From positions 41,496 to 105,495 of IMG/VR virus record IMGVR_UViG_3300021255_003843: DNA of 64,000 nt; one strand, given 5' to 3'. This DNA comes from a virus. Taxonomy: Duplodnaviria; Caudoviricetes. Both the position numbers and the translations under genes were made by a program. The notes beneath the pieces are model-generated. The model had not been told where the DNA came from and did not search any database. It saw only the letters and a list, made by a program, of their open reading frames with translations. Positions 13,501 to 22,057 of the stretch are shown piece after piece. Every line of letters begins with the position of its first letter. Position 1 is the first letter of the stretch.

Positions 13501-16500
13501 GTATCTTCATCTATGTCTCTTTGTAATTTATCTATATGATCCTGACCTTGAGTAACAAATATTTTCCAATTTTTGCCAGCTTCTTCTGCGCTTTCAAATC
13601 CTTTCTTAACACCGTCAAGCGTACCAGCTAAATCGTTAAGAGAACCTATAAAAGCCTGTTGATCAGAAGCGGACATATTGCCCTTTGCTTTTTCCCAAGC
13701 CTCGCCATATTTCTGAACTTCATCAATTTGTTTCTGTAAAGGTTGTAAACCTTCTTTTCTGTTTTTAGAATAAGAATCAGCTAGCTTAATTTGCTGTTGA
13801 GCCTTTAATGTCGGGTCGTTTTGATCTACAAAATTTTTACGAGCGGAACCGATAGCTCCGGCAACACCAAGAACACCAGCGATCGCGACAACGGAAGCCA
13901 GTGTGCTAACCAGACCCGCCGCGCCTTTGAAAGTGTTAGAGGCAGCATTAACGATCAGCAGTTTAGTGGCTAGCGCAGCAAGCGCGCCGCCAATCACAAC
14001 AGCAGCGGTAGACACAGGCCCAGCAACAGACGTGAGATCTTTCAGTCCACCGACAAAGCCAGTAACCATATCGACAGAGCTCACAAAGAACTGGTTGCTC
14101 GACATGCTTGAAACCAAGCCATCGTAAGTAGCCTTCAATTCTTCCATCGCAGCCGTAATACTCTTCACAGCGATAGCATACTTGCTATCTGTCGTGCCTT
14201 CACTATTCTCGGCTAAGCCAAGTAATCTGTCTAACTCAGCACCGCCGTCTTCTCCCATGCCTTCCATCAAGGTCTGGAACACGTTCGTCTGCCTGCCGCC
14301 AGCCATTGTATACGTAATGTTATTGCGCTGAATATCATTCAGACTTCCCCAAACCTTAGACAGATCGCGAAGCACATCGAAGCTGTTTCTAAAGCTCTTG
14401 CCACCGCTTTCACGTAACTGAATGCCAGCGCCGGACAGAGCTTTTTCAACATCGTTGATTGACACGGAAGCGCCCGTCTCGTCGTTGACATAACCCTGAT
14501 TCGTAACACGATTCATGCGTGAGAAGATCGTCTGCATAGCAGTACCGATTACCTGGCCGCTCATCTGAGTTTTACTGATACCGATCGTCAGCATTGACGT
14601 TAATTCTTCGTAGCTGACACCAGCAACCTTCGCAGCGGCAGCGGACTTCTGCATACCCTTGAAGATCTCATTAGCTGTCGTAGCCGCGCTGTCGCCCAAA
14701 GCGGTCAGCGCGTCCATCGCTTCTTCAGCGGAGTTTACGAGGCCGTTCTGTATAGCAGTGGTGATTGCCTTGCCGGCGTCTGTCACCTTTGCGCCAGTAA
14801 CGGTGGCGAATTTGATGATCGCGCCAGTACGGTCCTCTACCTGCTGGTCATTTAAACCCTGGCGATAAAGGTCCGACTCAACGGATGCAACGTTAGCAAC
14901 GCTCGTCTTCAGCTCGATAGCGCGATCGACCGTCGCCTTTTTGACAGCCTGCATCTGCTCATCCGTCTTCATCGTAATCGCCTGGATGCCACGCATCTGG
15001 CTATCAAACTGCACAACAAAGTTCTTAGCTTCGGTAAACGCCTGACGGATCATCTTCCTGCCGAAGCTCTGCAGCAGTTTATCCGCAGCGGTTGCCGCCG
15101 TCTCTAAACCGGCAGCAAGCATATTGCCAATTGTCTTGAAGTTGCCGGCAGTGTCGCCGAACTCCTTCATTGCTTCCTTCGTGCTCTCGAGTGCCTCACG
15201 ATAATGGTCAAGACTTGCCGTAGCAGAATCATATTGAGCCTGCGCAAGGTTCCTGTCTTCGTCGGTAGCGGCATTATCAATAGCGTTCTTGGCAGCAAGC
15301 TGCTGTTCTTCCATCCGCTTGACCATCATATCGTTGTAGTTATATTGGCTACGATACTGATCATACATGTTCTGACGCTGGAGGTAAGTGCGACTCAGAG
15401 GATCAATTGCAGTTCTCGATTGCCAGTTGCGGTTCATCTGCTCGACCTGCATCTCGGCACGCTTAGCTTGCATGATCTCTTGTTCGCCGCGAAGCTCTGC
15501 CTGCTTCTGACGCTGGCGAATACGCTCGTTGTAAGCAGCTTCTTCGCGTTTCACGTAATCATCGTTAAAGCGTTCAAGCGGCTTAAGGCGCTCATCTTTT
15601 TGTTCTTGTGTCAGATCAGACTTGCGGATTCTGTCAGCAATCTTGCGAGCATTATCTACATTTTTCTGCGCTTTATCTCTGACAGCTTCAACACCTTCAA
15701 GATACCTCGAGACATCAATATTTTGCTCGTCGTATTTACGCTTATAATCTTCGAAGGTAGTGTTTACTATCTTCGCTTCATCTTCTGTAATAAACCCAGT
15801 CTTCTGTTTCTTCCGGTTGATCCTGGCTTGCTCTTCTCTAAAATCAAGGAAAGATTTTTCTTTATCAATATCGTATTTATCAACATCGGCCATGTAGGTG
15901 CTTAACACCTGAGCAACGCGAGCTCTATCCTGCAGTTTAAGATGCTGCTGTTGAAACATCGTATTCTCGTCGATTTGCTGAGTAAGCACAGAATACGGTT
16001 CCATCTTCTTAGCAACTTCTTCGTCGCTCATGCCTTGATCTTTATATACTTTCTCCAACCTTTCACTCAGCTGAGAAACAACTTCTTTCGCTTCGTTTGC
16101 TCCTTGCTTCAGCTGCTGGAACGGGTCTTTGATAACAGTACCTTTTATTTTATCAAGCAGATTTGTTATATCTGCTTCTTTCATCTTGCCAGTTTCTTCT
16201 CTCGCACCAGCAAGATAAGTGTCAGTTTCTGCTAAACGCTCTTCGTAAAGTTTTCGCTCAGCTGGGCTGAACGGATACTTCTCACGATCCTGCAAATGTT
16301 TCTGAAGTTCATTGCGATAATCTTCGACAGCCTGCAGCTGGTTGTTATACTCTTCGAACTGAACATCGAGCGCGGAAACTTTATTGGCACGCTTACGATT
16401 TGTTTTATCTAGATTCTCATATAAGCGTTTTGCTTTAAGTTCAGTGGTGTCAGCAAAGTCTTGATTCATCTGCTGCATCAAGTCTTTGCGTCCACCAACC

Positions 16501-19500
16501 AATTCTTTAAACTCCTGCTTCATGGCAGGCGGCAGCTGATCAAACTCTTCGCCATTCTTAATAAAATCTTCAAGCTGTCTATAAACAAAGCCAACGTTCG
16601 CAGCCCTGCTTCCGTAATAAGTTTCTGCTTGAGACTTACCTTCAAGCTCATTCTCTTTCTTTAGAAGACCAGACAAGAACTGCTGCTTCACGCTGTCAAC
16701 ACTGGACCGCAAAGTGTTAGCATGTTCTTGAGCTTGAATGTAAGTATAAGCCTTACCAAGTTGAGCATTCTCATCTAAGATACGCTGACGTTGCGCTGTT
16801 ATATCGCGATAAGCCTGCATATCAATCCCGCTGCCAGCAGCGAGTTGATCAACTTCGTCGTATACGCGCGCTACTTGAGCAGCTTCGGCCTCGGCTTTCG
16901 CGAGATCACCGTCTACCGCGTAAATACGTTTAGAAGCTTCAATAGCCTCTTCTTTTGTCATATCCGGAGAATAGCGAGCCTGATCTTCCTGCGGCAACGT
17001 ACTCTTGATCTGATTCATCTGCTCTTCGTGCTGTTTCGTCTCGATCTCAATACGCTGTAATTCAGCTTGATTCTCCTGTAGCTTTTTCTCAACTGCTTCA
17101 CGCTGCAGCACGGTATCCTTGCCAGTGAAAGTAAAATCTAAACCGCCCTTCTGCCCTAAGAATAATTCTGGCAGAAGCTTCGCAGGATCGTCTGTACGGA
17201 ACACAGAGCTAATATTTGGCTGGTTGATACCTCTTTCGATGAAACCCTGGGCTGCAGTAATACCATATTCGTTCATCTTCTTTTGAACATAAGAATCGAA
17301 CGAAACCTCAGAGCCATCTTCCATTTTAATCATGCCACCTTGGGCTTTTTGATATGCTTCTTCCTCGATTTCACGCTTAGATGCTATAATCATAGCCTGC
17401 ATATCATCAAGCTCTTCTGCAGACATCGGAGCCATCGGGTTAGCAATATCATACGCCTTCATTGTGCGAAGGTTCTTCATCAACGCTTGCGTTGTTTCGC
17501 CTGCTCCGCCATAACCCATATGTTCAAGAGCTTGAAGCAGAGCGTACGTGCGTTCCATATTGACGCCTTTAGACGCAACCTGAGATACAGCGCGCATTGT
17601 TCCAACGTCTGTTGTGTTAAAAATAGAACGGAAGTTGATCTTATCAAAACCAAGATCGCGAAGTTCCTTCATGTTGATAGGAATCTCATGTCCGTTTACT
17701 GTTGCGGTGTAGATGTCCTCAGGAGAAGGAACATCCATGTTGTCGCGGCCTGTTACGTTAAACAGGCGACTAAAACGAGACGGAAGCTTAGACCATTGAG
17801 CACCAGCGTATAAAGCCTTCTTCATCTGAGGAGTTGCTTCAGTAGATGTAGCGTGCTTTAACCCGGCGGTAGCTTGGTCGTAAGTAGGTGTGCTTTGAAT
17901 TGCCGCTGCTAAAAGATCTTTATTTTCAGGAGCGTATATATCAAACATTGCTGCACGACGCGCAGAAGCGTCGGCAGCACCCATTTCGTTTGTAACATCT
18001 TGACTTGTTTGAAAGAATAAACGACGATGAAGCGGATTGTCTACATTTTTAGCCGCTTCGGCAGGCATATCTACCTTCTTAATAATGGGCTCCGTACTTC
18101 CTTCAAAATCCTGAATGGCTTTTTCTTGAATGGCAACTACTTCAGCAAACGCTTCAGCTAAATCGCCATAAATCGTTTTTGCTTTATCCCCATCTAAGTC
18201 TGCGCTACCAAGCGTCGCCAAATCCGCCTCAGAAGCGAATAAGCCACTCGTAGTTTGCCCGAAAACTTTATATATATCTCTCGCTAAATTAGCATAGTTT
18301 TTGCCAACAACAAAGTTGCCAAACAGAGAAGGGCTTCTTTGAACAGCAACTTTTTTAGCATCAGGTCTGGCAAAGTCAACAAGTTGACCCTTGTTTAATG
18401 CGAACACACCTTCGAGATCTTCGTCACTAATGGTTAAAGCTGTGCCAGTTTTTTCTTGATATTGTTGACGGATTCTTTTCAGCAAGTCAGACCTACTAAG
18501 GCCATTGATCGTTTCAAGACCTAGTATGGACGCCAGAGGAGACTTATTGATAGTCTGGTTAATAACAGAAGGGTTTGTACCAAAATCTATCCATTCACCA
18601 GAAGACATGCGCTCTGTCAATGATTCAATCTCGTTCTGCACCCAGCTTTGCACGGCACTGCTGTTCACGTTTAGCTTGCCGCTTCTGATCTGCTTACCGA
18701 GATAGTTGTCAGGATCAGCAAACAAATATTCTCTGATGCCAGCCTCAGAACTTAACAGGTTGATGCGTCTATCAAATTCGTCGATTTGTTGTTGACGCAT
18801 CTTCGGACTGAGGTTCATAAAGGCCATTGCTTGAGTGCCGATACCTTTTGCTCTTGTTTCAGCATCATCATATGTGCTCATACTCGACATGCCATAATGC
18901 TGAAGCATCGCCGTAAAACCTTTGCTGATCTCTTCAGGAGTGTGGAAGTTCGAGTACGCCTGCATGTTTTTAATCGTAGAAGCATCAACGAAGCCATGGT
19001 AATCGGTTAAGTCAATGTTGCCGCCAACGCCAGGCAAGATAAACCGACCGTTGGCGTCCGTTAAGCCGGCAGCTTTTGCCCATTCGCCAACAGTCTTATA
19101 ACCGGAGATTTGGTGGAACGTACCCTTGCCGGCAACACCCATACGGCCCTGGAAATCTTTTTCAGGTAGAATACCATCCATGAACCAGCCGATACCATCG
19201 GCAAGCTTCTGCTTCACATTTTCATCATTGATTTGAGACAGATCAACAACAGCAAAGTTGCGATTCTTGAAATTGCCATGTGTGTCCCAGCTGTTTGACC
19301 AACCTTTACCGGTTGCATCGAAGTGTTTTCTCAAGCTTTCAATGTCTTTGAATTCATAAGCAGAATCAACGAAATCATTCCAGAAATTAGCGCCCTTACC
19401 GTCGGCAGTTACAAAGCCATGCTTCTGAGCCCATTCCTGCTCACGCTTCATGACAGCTTCATAAGCTTGCTGCTCAATCATGCGGACACCAGCATGAGTA

Positions 19501-20915
19501 CCAGTGCCGTGCATATTCTGAGCAATATACCTCTTGCCGCTCGGACCAATAGGCACAGCCTTGCCACTCAGCAACTCTTCAATAAAAGCCTGCTGTTTCG
19601 GATCATTTCGATCATAACCATCAGCGCTGACAAAGATGACCTTGTCAGTAAAATCATTATGATGGCCTTCAAGGCCGAGCATTCTCGTGTTCTGCGATTC
19701 ACTGAGCATGACGCGAGAACTTTTTCCGGTATTATTAAACAGATCGCCGACAGTGTATTTAGCAATCTCATATTGCTCAAGCATATGCTTTGTAGATCTA
19801 CCGAGCTTCTCAAAACCTCTGCCAAGAGATCCCGCGTCAGACCAATCTTTGTCAGAACCAATGCCGTCAATGTCACTCATGATGCTAAGCAGACGGCCGG
19901 CAGAAGAAGAGGTCATGCGGCTTACAAGCTGGCGTGCCTCTTTGCTCGTCATATCTTCTAAGCCTTTGAAAATATCAACACGCTGGCTATCTCTGCCAGA
20001 AGCTCGCTTCACGAAAGACGTGAACAGGTTACGCCTGAAATCATCAAGCATCTGCGGAGTGATTTCTCTAATCAGAGACAGTTCACCATTGTCCTCAAGT
20101 TTCGTCATGCCTTTGACGCCGTAAGCAGCTCTCGCGGCTTCATCATTGTCTCTGATTAAATCTCTGAGCTGCGTTCGATTGTAGGCAGACAGGATGCGAG
20201 AACCACTCGGCATTGCCATAGAAGTATAGCCTTTATTCTTATAACTCTCCCTGAAACTTGCAGGAAGCAGGTCTACAGGCTGAGCAGTGGTGTTATTATT
20301 CCTGAGAATATGCCCATACCTTGCGCGCTGATATTCTGCGGTGTTAAAAGCAGGAAGAACGTTCGGGATCAGAGCTTCAACATATTTCTGATAGACATCG
20401 CTGCGAGTAATGCCGCCATGTCCCTTAGACATAAAGAACTCTTCAAAGGGTTTACTCTTCACGAACTCTCCGGCGGCCGTCTTAGCTGTCAAGCCAGCTA
20501 AGCGTGACGCCTGAGCTTTCAGCATAGAGGACAACTCGCCGGTTTCAGCGCTCAACTGCTGTCTGATCGTTTGCGAAAATCCATCAACAATGGATTTCGC
20601 AAACGACGCTCCGAAAGCACCGTCCTGCCCAAACAGAGAGCTCATAGTCCCAAGCTCTTTCAAACCACTCTGCACATCTTGTACAAAATCCTGGTCATCG
20701 GTTCTATTATTTAAGCGCGCCTTCGAGATTTTTTCTTGCAGCATATCTACGATCGAACTTGCGCGCTCAAGGCCTTCGTTTAATGCGCCCGTCATACTCG
20801 GCGCGTCTTCAAACGAGGTGCGAAGTTCGTTAAACTCTTGCTTAAAGTTCCGTAGTTGGCCTACAGCTTTATCAAGGTCTAACACTTCTACACTCAAAGA
20901 TAGTTTGTCAGACAA
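4554..20915 (-). CDS. Giant tape measure protein (5453 aa) with N-terminal two-barrel RNA polymerase domain (candidate virion RNAP)
   Basis: TP901-type TMP segment from about aa 1960 (FDSQMRGIQAIT...SGQVIGTAMQTIFSRM...AGGRQTNVF), coiled-coil C-terminus and position between chaperones and Dit. N-terminal motifs LADGIG (D573), FQGRMGVAGKG, QRSP (R860), SADLDGD (D906). Confidence 0.85.
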   Translation of the reverse strand: MSDKLSLSVEVLDLDKAVGQLRNFKQEFNELRTSFEDAPSMTGALNEGLERASSIVDMLQEKISKARLNNRTDDQDFVQDVQSGLKELGTMSSLFGQDGAFGASFAKSIVDGFSQTIRQQLSAETGELSSMLKAQASRLAGLTAKTAAGEFVKSKPFEEFFMSKGHGGITRSDVYQKYVEALIPNVLPAFNTAEYQRARYGHILRNNNTTAQPVDLLPASFRESYKNKGYTSMAMPSGSRILSAYNRTQLRDLIRDNDEAARAAYGVKGMTKLEDNGELSLIREITPQMLDDFRRNLFTSFVKRASGRDSQRVDIFKGLEDMTSKEARQLVSRMTSSSAGRLLSIMSDIDGIGSDKDWSDAGSLGRGFEKLGRSTKHMLEQYEIAKYTVGDLFNNTGKSSRVMLSESQNTRMLGLEGHHNDFTDKVIFVSADGYDRNDPKQQAFIEELLSGKAVPIGPSGKRYIAQNMHGTGTHAGVRMIEQQAYEAVMKREQEWAQKHGFVTADGKGANFWNDFVDSAYEFKDIESLRKHFDATGKGWSNSWDTHGNFKNRNFAVVDLSQINDENVKQKLADGIGWFMDGILPEKDFQGRMGVAGKGTFHQISGYKTVGEWAKAAGLTDANGRFILPGVGGNIDLTDYHGFVDASTIKNMQAYSNFHTPEEISKGFTAMLQHYGMSSMSTYDDAETRAKGIGTQAMAFMNLSPKMRQQQIDEFDRRINLLSSEAGIREYLFADPDNYLGKQIRSGKLNVNSSAVQSWVQNEIESLTERMSSGEWIDFGTNPSVINQTINKSPLASILGLETINGLSRSDLLKRIRQQYQEKTGTALTISDEDLEGVFALNKGQLVDFARPDAKKVAVQRSPSLFGNFVVGKNYANLARDIYKVFGQTTSGLFASEADLATLGSADLDGDKAKTIYGDLAEAFAEVVAIQEKAIQDFEGSTEPIIKKVDMPAEAAKNVDNPLHRRLFFQTSQDVTNEMGAADASARRAAMFDIYAPENKDLLAAAIQSTPTYDQATAGLKHATSTEATPQMKKALYAGAQWSKLPSRFSRLFNVTGRDNMDVPSPEDIYTATVNGHEIPINMKELRDLGFDKINFRSIFNTTDVGTMRAVSQVASKGVNMERTYALLQALEHMGYGGAGETTQALMKNLRTMKAYDIANPMAPMSAEELDDMQAMIIASKREIEEEAYQKAQGGMIKMEDGSEVSFDSYVQKKMNEYGITAAQGFIERGINQPNISSVFRTDDPAKLLPELFLGQKGGLDFTFTGKDTVLQREAVEKKLQENQAELQRIEIETKQHEEQMNQIKSTLPQEDQARYSPDMTKEEAIEASKRIYAVDGDLAKAEAEAAQVARVYDEVDQLAAGSGIDMQAYRDITAQRQRILDENAQLGKAYTYIQAQEHANTLRSSVDSVKQQFLSGLLKKENELEGKSQAETYYGSRAANVGFVYRQLEDFIKNGEEFDQLPPAMKQEFKELVGGRKDLMQQMNQDFADTTELKAKRLYENLDKTNRKRANKVSALDVQFEEYNNQLQAVEDYRNELQKHLQDREKYPFSPAERKLYEERLAETDTYLAGAREETGKMKEADITNLLDKIKGTVIKDPFQQLKQGANEAKEVVSQLSERLEKVYKDQGMSDEEVAKKMEPYSVLTQQIDENTMFQQQHLKLQDRARVAQVLSTYMADVDKYDIDKEKSFLDFREEQARINRKKQKTGFITEDEAKIVNTTFEDYKRKYDEQNIDVSRYLEGVEAVRDKAQKNVDNARKIADRIRKSDLTQEQKDERLKPLERFNDDYVKREEAAYNERIRQRQKQAELRGEQEIMQAKRAEMQVEQMNRNWQSRTAIDPLSRTYLQRQNMYDQYRSQYNYNDMMVKRMEEQQLAAKNAIDNAATDEDRNLAQAQYDSATASLDHYREALESTKEAMKEFGDTAGNFKTIGNMLAAGLETAATAADKLLQSFGRKMIRQAFTEAKNFVVQFDSQMRGIQAITMKTDEQMQAVKKATVDRAIELKTSVANVASVESDLYRQGLNDQQVEDRTGAIIKFATVTGAKVTDAGKAITTAIQNGLVNSAEEAMDALTALGDSAATTANEIFKGMQKSAAAAKVAGVSYEELTSMLTIGISKTQMSGQVIGTAMQTIFSRMNRVTNQGYVNDETGASVSINDVEKALSGAGIQLRESGGKSFRNSFDVLRDLSKVWGSLNDIQRNNITYTMAGGRQTNVFQTLMEGMGEDGGAELDRLLGLAENSEGTTDSKYAIAVKSITAAMEELKATYDGLVSSMSSNQFFVSSVDMVTGFVGGLKDLTSVAGPVSTAAVVIGGALAALATKLLIVNAASNTFKGAAGLVSTLASVVAIAGVLGVAGAIGSARKNFVDQNDPTLKAQQQIKLADSYSKNRKEGLQPLQKQIDEVQKYGEAWEKAKGNMSASDQQAFIGSLNDLAGTLDGVKKGFESAEEAGKNWKIFVTQGQDHIDKLQRDIDEDTIDMKYAAYEAAYKPDKLRDAYNASQHSVEHKNVGTSLNEKYLVNWASGTLPSDIADATSAITFDYADIMPDSIYDIDLSSEKAYEEFYQKALFSMLGIDVNDPKLNDKFKIYLNTDDGVSFLKKLGNETRARFSENVFTSITHLNPEHQKEFLNSFRNYLIGSKGQGIQKLYTDAYQQQREEEVDTFIGQILGDTDSLTGGDEEARKYLKDQLLKDTAQVLPEDLPDALHESLQRYLNTYKAPQQFQDAAKKANNKYKYFYTDENGKQLFGFDDLDKAEEAYRNYKQSIIQKTSDIIELNYDDFDINRIKTSAGLNAYRNLDQFVNDYSLNDKEYTDVYKNVLSYAMQASSYQDMADMISNVEKQIPNLTGVMTNDAEFAKMIKDLKVGTGKYTLDQFRDYLQGKVLQSSLTDYTASILSGNMSYGQELAAYNAINAGTASADQYDLIAKQWGVNRTNFDANRGLYMTLENSRLNKAREESAHGFNVYMQDLLGGFVKSMDEEEWNKLRKENKGLDFTDRIMELYANSITDESTRQEFQQFTQAAKSAGYRTTIGQDKQFSTTYTGQGYVEENPLAANGNNFYTSRQLRSVASNIVNFDLNADEAKKKYGEYLNEIKSAYPELYEWINTTDAARKKELETEIKIKFKSEGIEEVLKAGTLIKDLVELADQFSRNGIQKHEAQTTFNTELETMRNQAIAGQFANRLASGTIAWANIPSQYQELIKAGSSTYAGKSDKDFFGNEAAAAREYVAYLNSSDYRQALVNTYGSAIHAGLMTQAQAEQLGLTNGKGFQENWFNSVNYNRPNAAFDINQASMATTEEQAQKLVLKAAAQLNSGNFNVQLTEDELAAITSVYGSDVANAITTLNSSKITADRNNALDILKTAWLRLQERSGQVSDGLTNMVIQALSEGHGSAQTTSREALRDKMVQNINDVYDRVVAYNTISQYLNNGTELDAIDENLFSLIGINKNDFINADVTHRNITMTGASTDLNARLLQAQNDAAYSYDYLGAQYGTPILDAAMNKLGLNARYSDYSGAYGLFDRKTLSDLSGLTYENRSLYNPYKAMQSENSQYELANKLYGLISSNQFATPQAFGKYIENNLTPTEQAIWQNNSGSGILSNVYTMSGLIGNREADEYQLAEAEYRKAYNTRNLNRLQALSRITSDQAGWITGLYGTDDEIKTATEGINNWVSTIQQMSDIQEKSYDFAEAQSFIESMKSFSGFDKEVTADNWDDLKLSVGEELIRQNQYLPAFISLLNAANSDVGSDVMSGLGLSFDENGNLVGKNGESLLQGLWYDNWKNLYNTSGVFSNASNRAMIKDVLDNNMSLQQAGEKYLGQLGQSSELLRYLQLIEKQNNGETVDQKELDDLKKKAQESFTDNPFVGYTPQMTTAKTLEEISKLMEAGDGAKDMFAGLEDGIQSQLKSFPGLFDYLATYGSDSEAAAKAAKTLADAIRNEVIGALEEEGKVLSGLSNQLTTIANGNIIDSISQMNQLGQQITNLDEVQQAYKRLTSGQGIQRPEDWNTIKNAFNIGDNVIAQYQSGERSLANDYGYAMEEVEKLRNTTVSTAVDQILVDQLGDAAYETKQPEGFLERIKVMLGMSKPGRTQKSTSDMITGMTDAQVAEVNQRLRASQLGEIVRGENGQWQMQYGGKADAQLTWAQQLARALDTRAALGQGDQSTDYQAMLNSFELSNGNLGDFRSYVDLVQRTNGYKTTAATDLLSNTDFLAAIERGDVDAIRAMLLNGAYGITAPNATRMTTSGVSEYITAALNGDKAKLEELRKNNPTMLDYLTNNVQGFNEAYSAVMSGQQLEKYQIDALKAGSAYQTVYERERNGELKAGSAELAQRLADIDRTKGPTREERRLISAEGSELQRTSQAAQIAQTMYDNQANLTETDWEYLQTKAQLTDEEIKEYKKTPEKLKDLAKDLKGDQQKIRDSLEAAIVGAFPELSSLSDLAKDGNQKIRELVEQLLDMSGLQLTEKDGQITGISEITDNRTAYEILTQGAAANVEPEKEAETYKNRLARLAMQSSDQESLIAAINSDAELLDYLKKDEGARMLGSGFDEIFYNSEHGWTYDQMRNALIQGTGYAPLYRDQLFNNNMEIARQQFGEGFGTSSSLNLNTEQLATVQSYIASHEDFAQWLSDIEGGADLLYAIGNATEDFTYDMTALNGEFSARKIEQYNKFNKASKDIASGVRALSGDIKDSNAYMKSFRQGINAIANNQYYREKYKKGDRSNDVLSAIAQGTGLDKKDLRKGGTPVQQAIKDWETEDKQAIDNYLNTAGTMLTEGLQGTFNEKLQNLGLDGSQIQLLVDKGQVTVDLSQLANEATGAAQAQIQEIMATLSRMGMQATGVVTSDGSNIKLQFQTTDLGKGRSGGGGGGGGGGKSAAQKLLERLKREQALLNHEIKMIQYQETKYENASEIGNQNRMIELENDAQKRLIATLEKHIETTKKQMARTKKNSDDWKSLYDSVLAYEEAIEEANIAIQENTKKIEENEQAILKLHTDLETEVDTEINNRIQRERDMLAGTVSMQDAIIEAIRARYRAEWALIEKDIEKKRAALEEEKNLIDERLQRRKDAEDEAEKYEELSEYKKQLALIEMDSTRTKDAAKLREQIAKIEKEIAWDVAEDEADYQKEQIDSQLQAYDDFVNYGGEDLEAWLEDANNLADEVNQVMQMSQEGMLDWLKANVEEYGLAMDAAQKQMIQGWIDTYEQMIGYTHTYWEEIADILSGKDLFLNYMMASQDYINASEDEQKQMLYDWGEMYDNWIAAQKRDAVYSHSDNGLSGIGTNGSSKKSGSGSGSGNNANTTTDADRINVQDNNGAYVDNSRALHYDTASSGTDKIGSTSKVAQTISATANKLADNVKKLFGFDSGGLVDFTGPAWVDGTKAKPEAFLSADDTALIRSFLDEAKVVRYRSTISNIDSNSFSGNSQNIGELVINITEAQFKDDADFDEVAQRVGQKFVKELSKQGFNTMSYSF

Positions 20916-21097
20916 TTCAAACTCCTCCTTTGTATTTTATTGACGTATACTTACCGATATGCTACAGTCCGCAGGAGTATATGTCTTATGGATTTATAGT
21001 TTTTTAAAATTTGGTAAAAAAATAAGGGACAGGTATGCCGTACAATTCGCAGAGCTGATATTAAAAGATTTATTTTACGGAAGCGATTGAGTTTATC

Positions 21098-21126
21098 TTG
21101 ACATCCTCCCTGTGTTTGAGTACAAT
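21098..21126 (+). promoter_or_regulatory. Host sigma-A/sigma70 promoter
   Basis: TTGACA-N17-TACAAT upstream of RBS AAGGAGG and ATG 21155. Confidence 0.75.
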
Positions 21127-21154
21127 AAACGTACTAAAAACAAGGAGGTCTCCT

Positions 21155-21487
21155 ATGAACTACAATGATGACCAGGCCGACATCATGAGTATGATCGATA
21201 ATTTCAACGAAGAGGAATATTTTAAAACACATGACGTTCCTAAAGCTCAGGATGATCCTAAAGTAATTCTTGCAGAATTCCTTCAGAGATTAGAGTGGGT
21301 CTACGGCGCACGCTTAGGAATCACTGATCCTCGCAAGGCAAAACTCAATGTAGCTAAGCACTTGATGTCTGTAAACAAAAACCTCAGGCCTCACGTCTTA
21401 TATCCTGAGTTCTTCAACGGCAACGATTATCCAATTCAATCTGCTTTTGATAAAGAAGCAAATAAAGATACAGAGTATCCGTTCTAA
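21155..21487 (+). CDS. Moron-like hypothetical protein (110 aa) on the opposite strand within the tail module
   Basis: Own promoter and RBS; ends in hairpin AGAGTATCCGTT/AACGGATACTCT shared with the convergent gene. Confidence 0.7.
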   Translation: MNYNDDQADIMSMIDNFNEEEYFKTHDVPKAQDDPKVILAEFLQRLEWVYGARLGITDPRKAKLNVAKHLMSVNKNLRPHVLYPEFFNGNDYPIQSAFDKEANKDTEYPF

Positions 21488-21496
21488 CGGATACTC

Positions 21497-21922
21497 TTAT
21501 TCATCAGCCTTCTTTTTCGCAAAATTAATATTGGAAGGCAGCGTAGCCTTCACTTCAAGTTCCTTCTCCTTGACATCAAGCTCTTCTTCCTTCTCTTTAA
21601 CCTTCTTGTCGCGTTCTAAATAATTAAGCAGATTCAACATCAACTGGTTCTCTTCCTGAGTGATTGCAGGATCGATAACTTCCTCAATCGTCTTGGCAAC
21701 CCAGGCAGCAATAATGTTCATCTTGTTGTTCATGATGTTTCTTTTTTCAACTTCAAGCTTAATCGCTTCAATCAACTCTTCTTCACTGATCACTTCATCA
21801 TGGTCGAGCAGCCCTGCAATACGCAACGCTTCCTTATATCGCGGTTCAAGAAAACACAATCCGTTGCCGGCATCGACGACAACAAGCTCAATAGCCTGAT
21901 TGATAATATCGTAATAATTCAT
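21497..21922 (-). CDS. Hypothetical protein (tail module)
   Basis: ORF with RBS AGAAAGGA, in the late operon direction. Confidence 0.6.
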   Translation of the reverse strand: MNYYDIINQAIELVVVDAGNGLCFLEPRYKEALRIAGLLDHDEVISEEELIEAIKLEVEKRNIMNNKMNIIAAWVAKTIEEVIDPAITQEENQLMLNLLNYLERDKKVKEKEEELDVKEKELEVKATLPSNINFAKKKADE

Positions 21923-22057
21923 AATCAATTTCCTTTCTTCCTTTTCGATTCGAAATGTACGGGTATATTATAATATTATAATGTTCCCGTACATTTCGCT
22001 AAGGGACAATTAAACGTGTCGCCTCCGCGCATTCAAACGCGGAGGCGACACATGTTT

